NCBI RefSeq assembly: GCF_964188315.1
Contig: NC_135659.1
Coordinates: 41,602,001 to 41,666,000, forward strand
DNA: 64,000 nucleotides
Direction of reading: 5' to 3'
Source: Podarcis muralis
Taxonomy: Eukaryota
Part shown: piece after piece, positions 21,784-34,899 of the stretch
Layout of the letters: the number at the start of each line of letters is the position of its first letter
Numbering within the stretch: position 1 is the stretch's first letter
Notes under the pieces: model-generated
Database searches by the model: none
The model's input: the letters and a program-made list of their open reading frames with translations, nothing else
Told to the model about the DNA's origin: nothing
Made by a program: the position numbers and the translations under genes

Positions 21784-22006
21784 TTTCATAATAATTTTCT
21801 TTCCAAAAACAAAGAAAATATGGTTACGAATTACTTGATTTTGTTATTGTATGTTTTCTGTATTATGTGTTATTTTTTTATTATGTGTTTTTTTTTTAAT
21901 TCTTATGTGCTCTCTTTTGTTTATTGTATTATGGTGATGGTTTTATATGTGTTTGGTGATTATAAATGTCTAAAATCTTTAATAAATATTTTATAAAAAA
22001 AAAAAA
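21784..22006 (+). mobile_element. 5'-truncated poly(A) retrotransposon 3' end (L1-like)
   Basis: T/G-rich 3' UTR, AATAAA at 21981-21986, A13 tail; TSD atgaaatggaat(a/g)cca at 21768-21783 and 22007-22022. Confidence 0.7.
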
Positions 22007-22246
22007 ATGAAATGGAATGCCAAGCCATTTTCTGTCTCTTAAGGTGGCTGTAATGTCCAATGGTTAATACACAGACATCTGGGTCACCCAAAATATTGAA
22101 ACAACAAGCTTGACTCTCTGGGTTACGACTATAGCTGGGTTGTAAGACCAATTTCCAGAGTTACGTCTGACAAGGTCAAATCTTCACATCCTGAGTTTTA
22201 TATCATCAGCTTCCCATTTCTTATTAATGCACCATCTGCCACTAAC

Positions 22247-22333
22247 CTGACTGTTTTGAGATGTCTTCCGTGATGACAGCCAAGATCCAGCTTTCAGTCG
22301 TCCAATCTCTAGTTGTACAAGCCCTTGGGCACA
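22247..22333 (-). CDS. PATJ: PATJ exon, end of PDZ9 ([29 protein letters not shown])
   Basis: Acceptor catatccaaag, donor CAG|gttagt; 87 nt, phase 0 to 0; inside ORF 22184..22528. Confidence 0.93.
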
Positions 22334-22532
22334 CTTTGGATATGCAAAGAAACGTACAGCATTTACACTCTGGTGGCTTTTTAATTTCCCCCCTAGATAT
22401 ATTACCCCCACCCCCATGCAAACAATCATACTTTTGCCTAAACCACAACCACATGGTAACGTAAAAAAAAAAATCGGTTTCCAGAAACCTTGTAAACATG
22501 ATTTAGTGCTCAAGAATACACTATGCACTTAC

Positions 22533-22680
22533 CTTAAGAATTGTAGCAACCACCTCTTGTGACGCATGCCTTACATCCTCCCCATTGACAGACAAGATCT
22601 GATCCCCTTGAATTAGTCTCCCATCAAGGTCAGCGGCTCCTCCTTTTACGACGTCAGAGATAAATACTCCACTTCCATTT
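22533..22680 (-). CDS. PATJ: PATJ exon, PDZ9 ([49 protein letters not shown])
   Basis: Acceptor caactgttag, donor AAG|gtaagt; 148 nt, phase 2 to 0; ORF 22521..22769. Confidence 0.96.
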
Positions 22681-23003
22681 CTAACAGTTGAAAAGAAGCA
22701 CATTGCTGCACCACTAAAAATATTTTCTAAAAACAATTTGCACATTGTATGTTCTCTGTTGCTCTGCATTTTATTCTAGATATCTAATGATATCCCCCCC
22801 TTTCTAGACTTTTTATCTGCTCTTATTTGATTTTTATGGTTGTACTACTCCTTAATGTGCTATGTATACTGGCAATTTTCTGTTGTGGATTTTATTATTA
22901 TTAACCAATAGGATATAACTGTAACAAGCAAATAAATAATTGTTAAAAGGTACATACAATTCCTAGGAATATAGGCATTTAGATATTGCTAACCAGGACA
23001 AGC

Positions 23004-23240
23004 TCCTGCCAACCTAGCAGTTCGAAAGCACGTCAAAGTGCAAGTAGATAAATAGCGGGAAGGTAAACGGCATTTCCATGCACTGCTCTGGTTTGCCAGA
23101 AGCGGCTTAGTCCTGCTGGCCACATGACCTGGAAGCTGTACGCCGGCTCTCTTGGCCAATAAAGCAAGATGAGCGCCGCCACCCCAGAGTCGGTCACGAT
23201 TGGACCTAATGGTCAGGGGTCCCTTTACCTTTACCTTTAT
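23004..23240 (+). mobile_element. 5'-truncated Sauria SINE
   Basis: Body CTCCTGCCAACCTAGCAGTTCGAAAGCAC through the (ACCTTT) tail; TSD ccaggacaagc at 22993-23003 and 23241-23251. Confidence 0.88.
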
Positions 23241-23295
23241 CCAGGACAAGCAACACAATACAAATCCTGTCTTGAGTTTTAAGGAGCAGCTACTT

Positions 23296-23428
23296 GAATC
23301 ACAGAAGAATTATAGAGTTGGAAGGGACCATAAGCATCACCTAGGCCAACCCACTGTTGCTCCATGTGGGGCTCGAACCCACAGCTCTGAGATTAAGAGT
23401 CTCATGTTGTCTACCGACTAAACTATTC
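23296..23428 (-). mobile_element. Short SINE with a tRNA-Lys(CTT)-derived head and a CR1-type tail (not a functional tRNA)
   Basis: Minus strand TAGTCGGTAGACAACATGAGACTCTTAATCTCAGAGCTGTGGGTTCGAGCCCCAC resembles tRNA-Lys; followed by GGTCCCTTCCAACTCTATAATTCT, a CR1-like 3' end; no acceptor stem. Confidence 0.75.
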
Positions 23429-23917
23429 CTCTTAATGCTTGTTCATCAGACCACACACTGGTCTTAAAATGAAAACACTGGTTTTCTTATGTGGCTAAAT
23501 CATTCTTGCTATCAGTGTACTCTCAGAAATCGATATACGACGGTCAACATTATTACTTCCATATTTTAGATAGGGTGTTGAGAGAGTTAACAGCTTGCCT
23601 AAGGTTGCCTCGTGAGTCAGAAGCTGAGGTGACATTCTGACTGGCAGCTGTCATTACACTACAGTAGCTCTCAGGTACTACGTTTGTCCTCCTAAATGTA
23701 AAAGGAAAATCGGATTCAGGTATAATGCATCTAATTGCATGTTTCACCTTTCTACTTGTAGAAAAGCTAAAGGTGTAACAACCATTACAAATATTGCACC
23801 TGTTCTGAAAGAGCACATAATCTTTGCAGCTTATTCTGTGGAGGGATCTTCAGTTTAAGAGAAGACAAGGCTCTGTAATGTTCTGCACACAGAGCTATGA
23901 TTAAGTGTAACCCTTAC

Positions 23918-24111
23918 CGTTTCCCAACAATGCTTAGCCCTAAGCCTCTGCCCATTTTCCTTTGTAAGTCTACATGGAAAATTTCCAAATTCTCTTCATC
24001 TTTATAATGAGCTTCATCTCTATACACAACCAGTTGTACTTTCTGAGGCGTCTGTCTCAAGGCTGTTATAGCATCTTCATGGCTGGCATTCCTCAAGTCT
24101 ATGCCATTAAC
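23918..24111 (-). CDS. PATJ: PATJ exon, end of PDZ8 and start of PDZ9 ([65 protein letters not shown])
   Basis: Acceptor ttttattctag, donor CG|gtaagg; 194 nt, phase 0 to 2; ORF 23914..24096. Confidence 0.96.
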
Positions 24112-24431
24112 CTAGAATAAAACAGAAGCATATTATATTCTTTGCTTATTGGATTTTAATTAGTCTAGCAAAGTAATACTTCAGAACAAATCACAATTTC
24201 TATCGTTAAAGAAGTCATATGAATAAAGGAAGCAACACTTTGGCAGCATTTCATGCTTAAAATCTTGTAGCCAGGAGGTCTGAAAGAGTCCCACTGCAAA
24301 ATCCCAGAACTTCCACTCTATGCTAGTCATTCTTGTTCACTGATTAATACAATTCATTGTATTATTTCATTTTAGGTTGCAATTATAGAAAAGCAAGGTT
24401 AGAAGAGGCCAGATGTCCTCTAGCATACTAT

Positions 24432-25072
24432 TGTCACATGCCACCCTGATCTCCAAATGCTGCAAGGCACCAGGGTATGTGTTTCCTTTTGGACAATGAG
24501 GAACAGCAGAATCTGTGGTTATTTACACATATACACAACCTGTGCTTAGATGGAGAGTGCAGAGCATTGATATCCCGATAAGGTCCTGTTCCTTCCACTG
24601 TTGCACCCTCAGATTCCAAACATTGTGTCTGACCCTCTTTGCAGTATAAAACAAGACAGCCCGCCTTGAGCTCTGGCCCCCACCCAGCTTGCAAAACTCG
24701 CATTTCTCCCGTTAAGCTTACATCATCCAAACTGAAATCCTACACCCTTTAAACCCCCATCGTCTCTTCCCACTAACACACAGCTGGAGGAGGGGCTCCA
24801 CCCCTCCTGGTCTTGCATAGTCTTCACCCTCCTAACAGCTTTCTGGATGGGTCAATAGCTCAGCCATTAATATCTTTGTTCCTCTTATGACCCACACTCA
24901 GCTGGCTATCCCAGGCTGGCCTGGCTCATTAGCATAAGATGAATCCAGCGGAGTTTGGCACAGTTTAATAAAACCTTGATTAATTCCAACTTTTAATAAA
25001 TCCAGGAATTATGGGGAGAATCTAGCAGCCAGGAGTTTAGGGAATCCTTGCCCCCTCCCCCAATTTATAACA
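24432..25072 (+). mobile_element. Possible solo LTR
   Basis: TGTCAC...ATAACA ends, TATAAAA at ~24655, AATAAA at ~24967; no clean TSD. Confidence 0.3.
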
Positions 25073-28000
25073 GTACTCTGTAATGTGGTCAGTTACCTTT
25101 ATGTTTACCTTATCTGAAGCATAACTATTTTTAAAAATGTTTGGTCATGAACATACATAGTATCCATTTTTAGTTTCTGATGAAGTAAGAATTTTTAAGC
25201 ATACATTAGGGAGAACTATCATCCATGGATCCCCTTACGAGTTCTATGGGAAACTTTCTTAGCATTTTATAGTACAAATTCAGCATGTCTGAAGTCTATT
25301 CAGTAGACTACTTTTTGAAATATAGAGTAATTATCATCATCAATCACCCACCCTCCATCCTAAGATCCCAGGGTGGGTAATAAATTTAAGCAACAATGAT
25401 TTACCTGCTTTTAAAAAAAATGGTCACAGGGATGGAAGATGGTTTTGATTGGTCCACTTTTCACAGTGGACCAGCCCATTCAAACATTCCCAAACTTGGT
25501 CACTGATCAGAACACAACTTCCAGTTAGATTGTGAACTTCTCTAGATTTTGTGATGTGGTTTCAGTATGCAAAGAATGTCCACAAAAAGGGATATTTCAT
25601 GGGGAGAATGCATTGGAAAAAGTGTATTTTACATAGAAAGTGCATATAAAATGGATACAATTTAAATGCAGACTTTCTGTGTATTCTTTTAAAAAATCCA
25701 CACAATTGGACAGAATGGACCTATGATTCTGTGTCAGCAAAACTGAAACTGGACAGAAATAGACCGGTCTATTTAACCCCAGCTGATGCCTTAAAAAGTA
25801 CACATACCATTCTGAGACCACCTTGAAAATGCAAATTTCCCATTATTCTTTACACTAGCCACCAAAGCAGAGGGCTGTAGTCTTAATATCTGCTTACGAT
25901 TTGGAGGGTTAAGACTCTCCATTTTTGTAAACATGTTAGAACTCATATACCAGTAGCTGTTTAGCCATTAATTTGTAACCAATGTTCTTTTTCTGTTAAG
26001 ATTTAGGCAATTCGATAATTTGAATCATAAGAGAATAATTTTTCTAGATTCCAATAGATGGCACACCAGACCACCACTGCAACTTTAAATTGCTCTTAAA
26101 ACTAATGCTACAGTTAAAACATTCCAGTTTAATGAACACAGTCAGGATCACTATTTTATTTTTAAACATTTTCTTTAGTTTTTACCTGGACTAATTTTCT
26201 GTTTGCTTTACCCTGGACACCAAAGTGATCTCTTGTAACATGAATCAAAGCCCACAGGAGCCTGATTCCCAGAATTTCACTCTGGACTGGTAGCTATGTT
26301 CTCTTAAACTCAAAGGATAGATGGGATTATGCAGTAAACTTTAGCTAGCAGAGTTTTGGTGGAGCACTGCAGCCCTCAGCAATGGTTAAATTGTAGATAA
26401 CTTTAATCTTGCATATTGTACGCTTCATATTGTATGTAATAGTATTTTCCTTTCTCAATAATTCAATCATGTATAATGTGCCCTTGATACTATTATGCTT
26501 ATACGTTTTATAAACCAAAATGCATTCACTGGTTTTCTGATGATGCATTTAAAATAAATCTTTCCAAACAGATTTTGGCCTATCGGTCACCACCCTCTTG
26601 CCCACCAGGCAAAATTAAGAACCTTGTTTTTATAAAGCACATGGATGTTGGCTTCCTTTAGATGAATAGCACTTGATTTCACCTTGAAATGTTGCCAGTT
26701 ATTATCCAGGTGTCTCATCCCCTGTTTTCATCCCAGGACCGCAATGCCACTGATTACATGATTTCTCTTGGAAACAGCGGAGAATATGCAACAGATACCC
26801 GATAACCCATTTTATTGTTGAACCTCTTCCATACAAAAATAACTTTAGCCTTCATCATAAAATGAGCCACAAAGCCTGCTCAGCCTGTGCTGATCTAGCT
26901 CTCTGCGGTATAGAGAGATGGAGGGCCAGTGTTGGCTGAAGACTTTAGTATGTGCGGACTGCAGCAATTAGACATACACCTGACAACCTGCAAAATCTCA
27001 GTGCAAACATGCACTGTGAAAAGAAATATGCAAATACACATGCACCTTGTGAATTCAGAGAAAAATAAAAAGACATGCTACCTACAAGTACTGTAACCAG
27101 AAAGTATGGGGTGAGGCATGGATGTGTGCGTGTTCATGTGCATACAGACATCCATGCTCATATGCCTGGCTTTGACAAGGCAAATCAATAAAACCTAAAT
27201 GAATCTACACTGAATTCTTAGATGAGTTCTAATGGCCACAAACTGTACCAAGCACCAGGGCATGCAACGGCCGCATACCTGAGACTCCAGGGGAGTGGCG
27301 GTTTGTGGTCTGATACGGCCCAGTCTTGGGGCCAAATTCTGCACAATGTGGCCATTGGGGGATGGCAGAGCCTCTCCACAGGGCCACATCGCTTGGTGCA
27401 CCCATTTAAATGGGCCAATCATAGTGAGCTGACGGGTGTGCTTGCGGCAGCCGTTCTGGCTTCACTCAAGTTTGCCTATTCATTATACAGTGGTACTTCT
27501 GTTTTCAAACGTCTTGGAAGCCAAATGTTTCGGTTTTCAAAGGCTGAAAACCCAGAAGTAATTGCTTCCATTTTCGAACGCGCTTTGGAAGTCAAACAGC
27601 TTCTGCTGTGTGTTTTTCTTTTTTCTCCATTGACTTTGCCGACCGCCCAGGGAATAATTTTGTTCCTGCAGACCAACTGGCCAGGCTGTGGGTTTTTGCC
27701 TCCCTCAGAGCAATCATCACAACGTTGGGCAGATAAGTCATTAGGTTGGATCATTAGCTTATTGTATACCCCACTAAAGCGAACTGGGAAAATGTGCTTC
27801 TGCCCAGGAGTCCACATGGCCACTGATGGACCATAGCACGCCTCCAGGTGACGGCCCTAATGGGTTCACTCTAATTTGATGTATGGCATAGGGTGACTCT
27901 CGATCTAGGTGTGTGTTTTTAATCAACCAGTAGGAGGGTTGGTTGATACTCATTGCCTTCGTCAAAACCTACTTACAGCTGTAATCAATAAAAGTTGTGG

Positions 28001-29169
28001 CCAGTTTCAATTCAATACTGATGTCCTGTGTCTTATTTCTACCCTTGGCTGGCCCTGCGCCACGCCACATGCACGCGCTTTTTGCACCTGGGTCTGCAAA
28101 CATGTTTCCTGTATGGTCCATTAACAATCTATTGGTTGATATGTCCATTCTGCTATTAATGACACATTACTGTGATACACAGCTGTTATTTAAGAATAGC
28201 AGCCAAAATAGGAATAGCAGCCAAAACAAGAAACATTCGGTGAAAGAGCTGTTAAGGGTAATTCCCAAGCAGCCCTCATTGTTTTCCTAACCTCCTTACA
28301 TGGAAGCCCTAATAGGTGTACTGGGAATTTCTCTTGCCTTGACAGTGAGGTACTTCTATCCACTCTGCAACCATCATGAATGGACTTCTTTTCTAAGCTA
28401 CAATCAAACGCCAACTTTTTTCTTAACCCTTCCTTACCTGATATCTTAATGCAAGACACATGAAAAATCAGTAATGTTTATAAAGTGGCTTGTAAAAACA
28501 TAGCCTCAGTTGATATGAAGATAAGTTACAGAAGATAAAAACAGCTTCTGCTTTCAGTTAATAGATACAAGATTTTAAGGGTTCAGAAATAATTTGAAAT
28601 ACTTAAATCAAAATGGGCTGGGTAAATAAGGTTAAACTGACAGCTCATCAAAAAGAAAGATGGTAAATAAAAATAATTTTGTGACATATGGTGAAAAGTG
28701 ATATAACATTTATCATCTCATGACACTAATGCCTACTGTCTAAATTTTTAAATTGAACATGAAAATGCTGTTGCATATCTGATGAAAAGGAAAAAGTTGT
28801 TTGGCAATGAATATTGCTAAATGAAAGTTTGTATGAGTTTCTTCTCTAATATTTAGTATTTATGTTTACAATATGTTCATAATTTGCATTCATATGGTTT
28901 CGCCTGTATTTTATATAGTTGCGATGTGCTAAATATACATATGTATTTTTTGAAATACTAAATGTTGAAGAAATCTGATCAATAGATGTGTATGGACCTC
29001 AACATTTTAAGTAGATGAAGTAGATAAAAAGCACATTATCTATTATTATTTAGAGGAATAAGTCAATTATTTCAGCCATGTTTCTTGCACAATGCATGGT
29101 TTTCCCTCTTAAAATATTGGCTTTGTATGAAACAGAGAAATATTTGAAGAGTTAAATAATGAATCTTAC

Positions 29170-29253
29170 CTCAAGGATTTGATCACCAGCCCAAAGTCGG
29201 CCATCTCTAGCCGCTGCGCCTTCTTCATACACTTCATGTATTACAATAGCATC
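29170..29253 (-). CDS. PATJ: PATJ exon, PDZ8 ([28 protein letters not shown])
   Basis: Acceptor gttctgttag, donor GAG|gtaaga; 84 nt, phase 0 to 0. Confidence 0.96.
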
Positions 29254-29960
29254 CTAACAGAACACATAATCTCAGTATCAATGCTTATATATTAAAAGTA
29301 AGTTCCGAGACCACAGTCCAGAATGCAGAACTGACATGAAAATACTGTGACCTTTCCTATCATCGTCATTTTCATGTACCTCACCCATCTGACTGGGTTG
29401 CCCCAGCCACATATATTACGCTGATGATCTCTTAACCATTGTGGCAAAATACTGAGAGTGTTGCAAGATCACTCACAGAGGCACACATTTCCCCAGAACA
29501 ACTATAACCACATAGTGGGCAACTTTAACCAGCTTCATACCATGCTTTCACGTATTTGTTAAGGTGGAAACCTGGTCAGTAAGTTCTAATCAGGGTTAAT
29601 GCTGTTGAAAGAGGATGAAATTCACTTTGAATCGAACATTCAGTTCTATAGCCTCAAAGTGTACTGTGATTAGCAGCACTGGTTGCCAATTTGTTTCTGG
29701 GTCTACTTTGCAGTGCTGGTTTTGACATTATTTCAGACCTTAGGATTGTCATCTGAGGCTCTTTGTGCAAAGGAGATCCAGTGGGTGACAATGAAATAAC
29801 ACTTCTCCCCTAAAGTAGTTCCTTGTCTATGGAATGCTCTCCCCAGAGAGGCCCGCCTGACACCAACTTTATCAGCATTTCAGCATCAGACCAATATGTT
29901 TTGGGTGGTATTTAGCTGCCCAGAGTGGCTGGGGAAACTCAGCCAGATGGGCGGGGTATA

Positions 29961-29981
29961 AATAAATAATAATAATAATTA

Positions 29982-30029
<48 letters not shown>

Positions 30030-30030
30030 T
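29961..30030 (+). repeat. (AAT)n followed by (ATT)n microsatellite after a probable L2 3' end (29915-29960)
   Basis: Read directly. Confidence 0.85.
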
Positions 30031-31174
30031 CTGAGCATTTTGGCAGCACCAATGACTGGACATTTTTACTCTATGTATTTTTAACACGCTTGTGTATTTT
30101 TATTACAGCATTATATCTGCCATAGCCACTAAGGTAAAAGGGGGTTTCTTCCTCTTTTCAGTGCAAGAATCCAGATTTTGGCTAACATTAGCCATAATTT
30201 GGCTAATTATTCTGTGTAATACTTCCACCATATTATACACAGCTAGGCATGAGTGAAATCTGAACTCCAAGTCAACTTGCATTTTCAGTCCTGCATGCTT
30301 AACTTTTATAATTTAATATAAACTTATAATATATAATTTAAAACCATGGTGTTATGAGTAATGGCTGTTTTAAGGCCTTCACAGGGGTGTTCAGCCTTGT
30401 ACAGCGTGGCTGCAAGTTAAATCCACCACAATAAATGAATTTGAAAAATATATTAACTTTATTACCAAGGCTGGAAAATATAGGCGGCAGCAGATGTTGC
30501 TTTAGGGAATGTTTCAGTGATATACACTTATTGTCAGCAGTAGACACCCCCCCCCCAAAAAAGGAGGGGGGAACACTTCAAACAGCACATTTTTTATCAT
30601 TTCACCAGCAATGCCATTTGTTTTGAAATGAAATGCCACATACTCCCACGGAATATTCCCAAGCTATCAGTTTTAACAACCAGCCATACAAAATTGAGAA
30701 GGATGCACATACTCTGGAGGATAAGCTAAGAATTCAAAAACTGTATTTAAAAACCAGAGAGCTGTGCAGATAGCAACAGAAGGTTAAATTTGGCAGGAAG
30801 AAAGAATATGGGAAGAAATGCAGGGACAAGTATAAAATAGGAATAAATGTCTAGGCAGCCACATTTCTGACGTTGGTTTAGGGGTTATAATGAGCAAAGA
30901 ACTGAGCATCAATCAAAAGCATGCTGTGTCATGACAAGGTCAACATCGTTCTAGCTTGCATCAACAAGAGCACTGCTTCTAAGACTAGGGAGTGCCTATA
31001 AGGTCATAAATTGAGAGCGCTGTCTGTGTCCCATCCTTGGTACAACAGGTAAAAAAAAGATTCTTGACAACCAGGATGCTCATGTCACAAAGCTCTATTT
31101 CTCTATAACATTGGAATCAGGAAAGGGTGTGAAAGCTCTGGATTGGCATCTGAATGCATGAGGGCTGATAAACT

Positions 31175-31500
31175 ATGCTTGAAGAAGGAGGCTCTTTGGG
31201 TGGTTCCCACATTTGGGAACTATACAAGGTACCTGTTCTGGGTGGGGCTGTACTCCCTCTTAAGGAGCAGGTGTGCTGCTTGGGGGTACTCCTAGTTACA
31301 TCGTTGTTACCAGAAGTCCAAATGTCCTCGGTGACTAGGAGCGACTTTTACCAGCTTTGCCTCGTTCACCAGCTAAAGCCATTCCTGGACAGAGATACCC
31401 TGCCCACTTTGGTCCATGCAGTGATAACCTCAAGACTGGATTACTGTAATGCGTTCTATGTGGGGCTGCCCATGGGTCTGGTTTGGAAGTTGCACAGGCT
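31175..31500 (+). mobile_element. L2-clade LINE ORF2 fragment (C-terminal to the RT core)
   Basis: ORF 31175..31516 reads LGVLL...FYQLCLVHQLKPFLDRDTLPTLVHAVITSRLDYCNAFYVGLP, typical of L2 ORF2. Confidence 0.85.
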
Positions 31501-31798
31501 GCTCATCTACTACTGAGACAGGCTCATGGTCCTTGCATTGATTTACATAATTTACATCACCTGAACCATTATATCCTAGTTTGATTGTGGAGATAATCTG
31601 CAGGAGCACTGTTGGTCACTCCCCGAGCTGGAAAGGCTAATGTGACAACACGAAGACACAAAGCCTTTATAACTAGGATATAATGGCTCTCCCAATGGAA
31701 ACTGGCTCTACCGGTGGAAAGCTTTACCAAGAAAGATTAAGCAGGTAGTTTCTGTTTCAACTTTTAAAGGCCAGCTGACAACTTCTGTATTCTGCTGC

Positions 31799-31838
<40 letters not shown>
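31799..31838 (+). repeat. (ATT)n microsatellite, the tail of a minus-strand LINE 3' end
   Basis: Read directly; followed by CCCATCTGACTGGGTTGCCCCAGCCACT. Confidence 0.9.
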
Positions 31839-33570
31839 TTATTTGCTGCCCATCTGACTGGGTTGCCCCAGCCACTGCTAGTCCTACGCAGGCAATTAAG
31901 AATAAATCTTTCCACAATAGTTAATTGATGTCTGTTTTAACCTCTTTATATGGTTTTTACTGTATGGGTTTATGTATTTTTGTTACCTGCTTTGATCTTT
32001 TCAACGAAATAGTGATTTATAAATATGTTTTACCACTTTTTTACTGAGTCTTAAGCACATAAGCATGTGATAGGAACAGTAAAATCTACACAAAATAATG
32101 CTCCAGAGTGGCTTTCAGAGCTAATTCTAATGAAAATGAACAGGTTTCATTTATTCAGTAACATGGAATTTGCTTTCTGTATAAAGTTATTCATCACAGG
32201 AAGAGCAGTCAGCAGGAGGTCACAGAATGTGCTCAGTTTTAAAAAAACATTTAAATGAAATAGCACTACATCACTCAGGGCAAGGTGACATGAAGTGAAA
32301 AAGACATGGAGGAGGAAGAAAATATTAATATCCTTGCCTGAAAGCAAGTATTGTGATAAAGATATGGATGGAGTTGGGTTTTTTTGAAGCTTCCTCCTTT
32401 GCAGTCCCGCTAACAGTATTTACAACCACTCTGCTGTAGCAAAAAGTCAAGGTCTAATCTCAAACTTCTGGTTTGTTTCTATGGCATGAGTGATCATGTA
32501 TTTACAGAACACTGGATTCATTTGCAGTACAAATTACTGCTGAATGAAAAAAATGCTTAAGGCTGCATACAGGAAGAAGGTGTGTGGTCAAATTGCTAAT
32601 GCATTTACCGAAATAAAAAAGCAGTTTAAATTTTATTAAGCATGCTCCCATAACTGGATTATTTTTCACAAGAATAGTGAAAAATGCAGCTGGAATGGCC
32701 ACAAAGCAGGAGAAGGATTTCTCTTACAACCAGCTTTTCAGACCCCCTTGTTATATGAAGGTCGTAAGATCCAGTCCTACAGCCTAATGATAGCTGTGTA
32801 GATTCACTGTTGTACAAACTATACTTTAGTCTTCAACAGGGGAATCAGGACCAAATACCAGGTTGCAGCTTGACCTAAAATGGCTCGTAGCTACAGCATT
32901 CCTATCATACATAGAAACGAATGATTTTTTTAAAAATTAAGAAGTTGGTGCCCAAATGCTTTTTTTGACTGAAGGTGGGCCCCTGGTCTCAAAAGGATGA
33001 AATTTGCTAAACTGCAGCTTTATGACATAACAACGGGCAAAAAATATGAACCATATTTTCCAGTCTTCTGACACATGCCTGTGGAGAGCAAGGAGGCAGC
33101 AGACAGGAAGCTGGTAGAAATTTCATTTCTCCTGTACAAAACATGATTAAGCCCAACGTTACCCAAGTAATATCATCCAAAGATGGGAACTCTCTATCTG
33201 CATTTTGACAATGAAAGTCAAACTTTCAAAGTGGGATTTTTCAATGAAGAAATCTGTTAATCCATGGGAACAGTTTTCACATATTTCTAATATGTATGTT
33301 TTTACACCTCCAGTGATTTTATGCAATTTTCACACTGATATTGAAGTTCACACTTTCAAAAGCTTATCTTTGGTGCAAAAAGCTATTATATTTAGTCTCC
33401 TGCCCCTATCTTTTAACCATATACGTAAGAGAAAATCTAAGCGCACGTGTCTGGTACTCGACATTCATCAGAAAAAGGAAGCATCAAATATGCAACAGCA
33501 GATCAAGCTACGTGCATAGTGTGTACAGTTAAGGTTAAGCTATGCTGCGTTAAGGGAATTTATGCACAAC

Positions 33571-33838
33571 TTAGATAGATTTAAGAGGGGATTAGACAAA
33601 TTCATAGAGGATAAGGCTGTCAAAGGCTAATACTCATGATGGCTATATACTATCTCCAAGATCAGAGGCAGCATGACTCTGAACACCACTTGCTAGTGAA
33701 TCGCAGCAGGAAAGAGTTATTGCCTTCATCTCTTTTTTGGGTGGGCTTTCCATAAGCATGTGGCTGGCCAGTGTAGAAACAGGACGCTAGCCTCTGGGTC
33801 TTTGGTCTGCTCCAGCAGCAATCTTCTAATGCTCTTAC
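33571..33838 (+). mobile_element. CR1 LINE 3' end
   Basis: TTTAAGAGGGGATTAGACAAATTCATAGAGGATAAGGC (FKRGLDKFIEDK) followed by a 3' UTR ending CTAATGCTCTTA. Confidence 0.7.
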
Positions 33839-34010
33839 GAAGAGGATGGCAAGGAAATGAGGTGTCCTTTGTTAAAGAAACATCCAAGCGTACATGTCAA
33901 ACATGTATTATGGAATGTCCACATTTCTTTCTTTCATTGTACCAAAAATGGAGTAGCTTTGAGATTCATGAAAACTTGAAATAGTATTCCAAAACCACCA
34001 AACAACTTAC

Positions 34011-34141
34011 AAGTGGTGTATCCTTTCCTCCTACAATACTGAGACCAAGGCCTGATCGCCCCTTGGAGATTTCTATAGTCATTTCTTGTCCAGGAACTAT
34101 TGGGCATGTCGCTGGATCCACCAGAGGAAGCGGAAGGCCAC
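34011..34141 (-). CDS. PATJ: PATJ exon, start of PDZ8 ([43 protein letters not shown])
   Basis: Acceptor catttgttgcag, donor CTT|gtaagt; 131 nt, phase 1 to 0; inside ORF 33966..34193. Confidence 0.95.
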
Positions 34142-34899
34142 CTGCAACAAATGATAAAATGTACCAGTGAACAAAAGCACCATTGCCAAACAAAGAAAGA
34201 AGCTGCAGAGGAATAAACTCAGTGTCGAAATTTGGTGTGCACCTGCATCAAATTCTTGTGATTTGAGGTCTGCTGCTTTGGATGCAATTTCACAATTCAC
34301 ATGCAAGTTAACGTTTAGGGAAGGTGACACACCATTCTGATAAGCTAGGGCACTTGTTATATCTAGCTGCACACACATGCTCGCTCACACTCACACATCA
34401 GATCCTCTTCTGGATCTTCTGCTACCTGAAGGGCAGTCAAGATCTTGCTTTTCACTGCTGTTGACAAGTTTATTTACTCATAATATTGGTTTATTCATAC
34501 AAGCAGTGTGACAGAAGTTCACAATTCTCAGCTGTGGCAACCTCTGTTTTTATTAATACATTATGGAATTTTGGTGATTGCAGAATTAGCATGGCTGAAA
34601 TTTCTGAGCCCTGATCTCAGCAGTTATACTGCTCATGCATCATTCTTATGAGTGAAGGAGGACAACAACGCCTGGTCTTTCCATGCAGCAGAGTGAGGTG
34701 GTAGATAAAACAGGTTTGTTACATGAAATGTTCTAAGAAAAAATACATTAAATCAATTGCATGTAAAAGTAAACGGCACTGTAGCTGTTAATCTAGACTT
34801 TTAAATTAAAAGAAAAGAAAACATTGCATGCTATTATCATGCTAAAAAGCTTGGTATTGAATGAAAGGTATTCTTCAGATAGAAGTAAGAAGTTCATAC

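Noticed and set aside
23360-23428. tRNA-Lys gene
   Set aside because: No acceptor stem, and it is fused to a CR1-type tail, so it is a SINE head. The same applies to the tRNA-like heads at 16729, 43531, 46844, 56715 and 57719.
27222-27836. 204-aa + strand ORF
   Set aside because: No recognisable motif or exon structure; treated as a chance intronic ORF.
28440-28980. A-rich then T-rich stretch resembling an old L1 3' end (similar at 42380-42720 and 22770-22940)
   Set aside because: No TSD or clear ORF2 motif could be established by eye.
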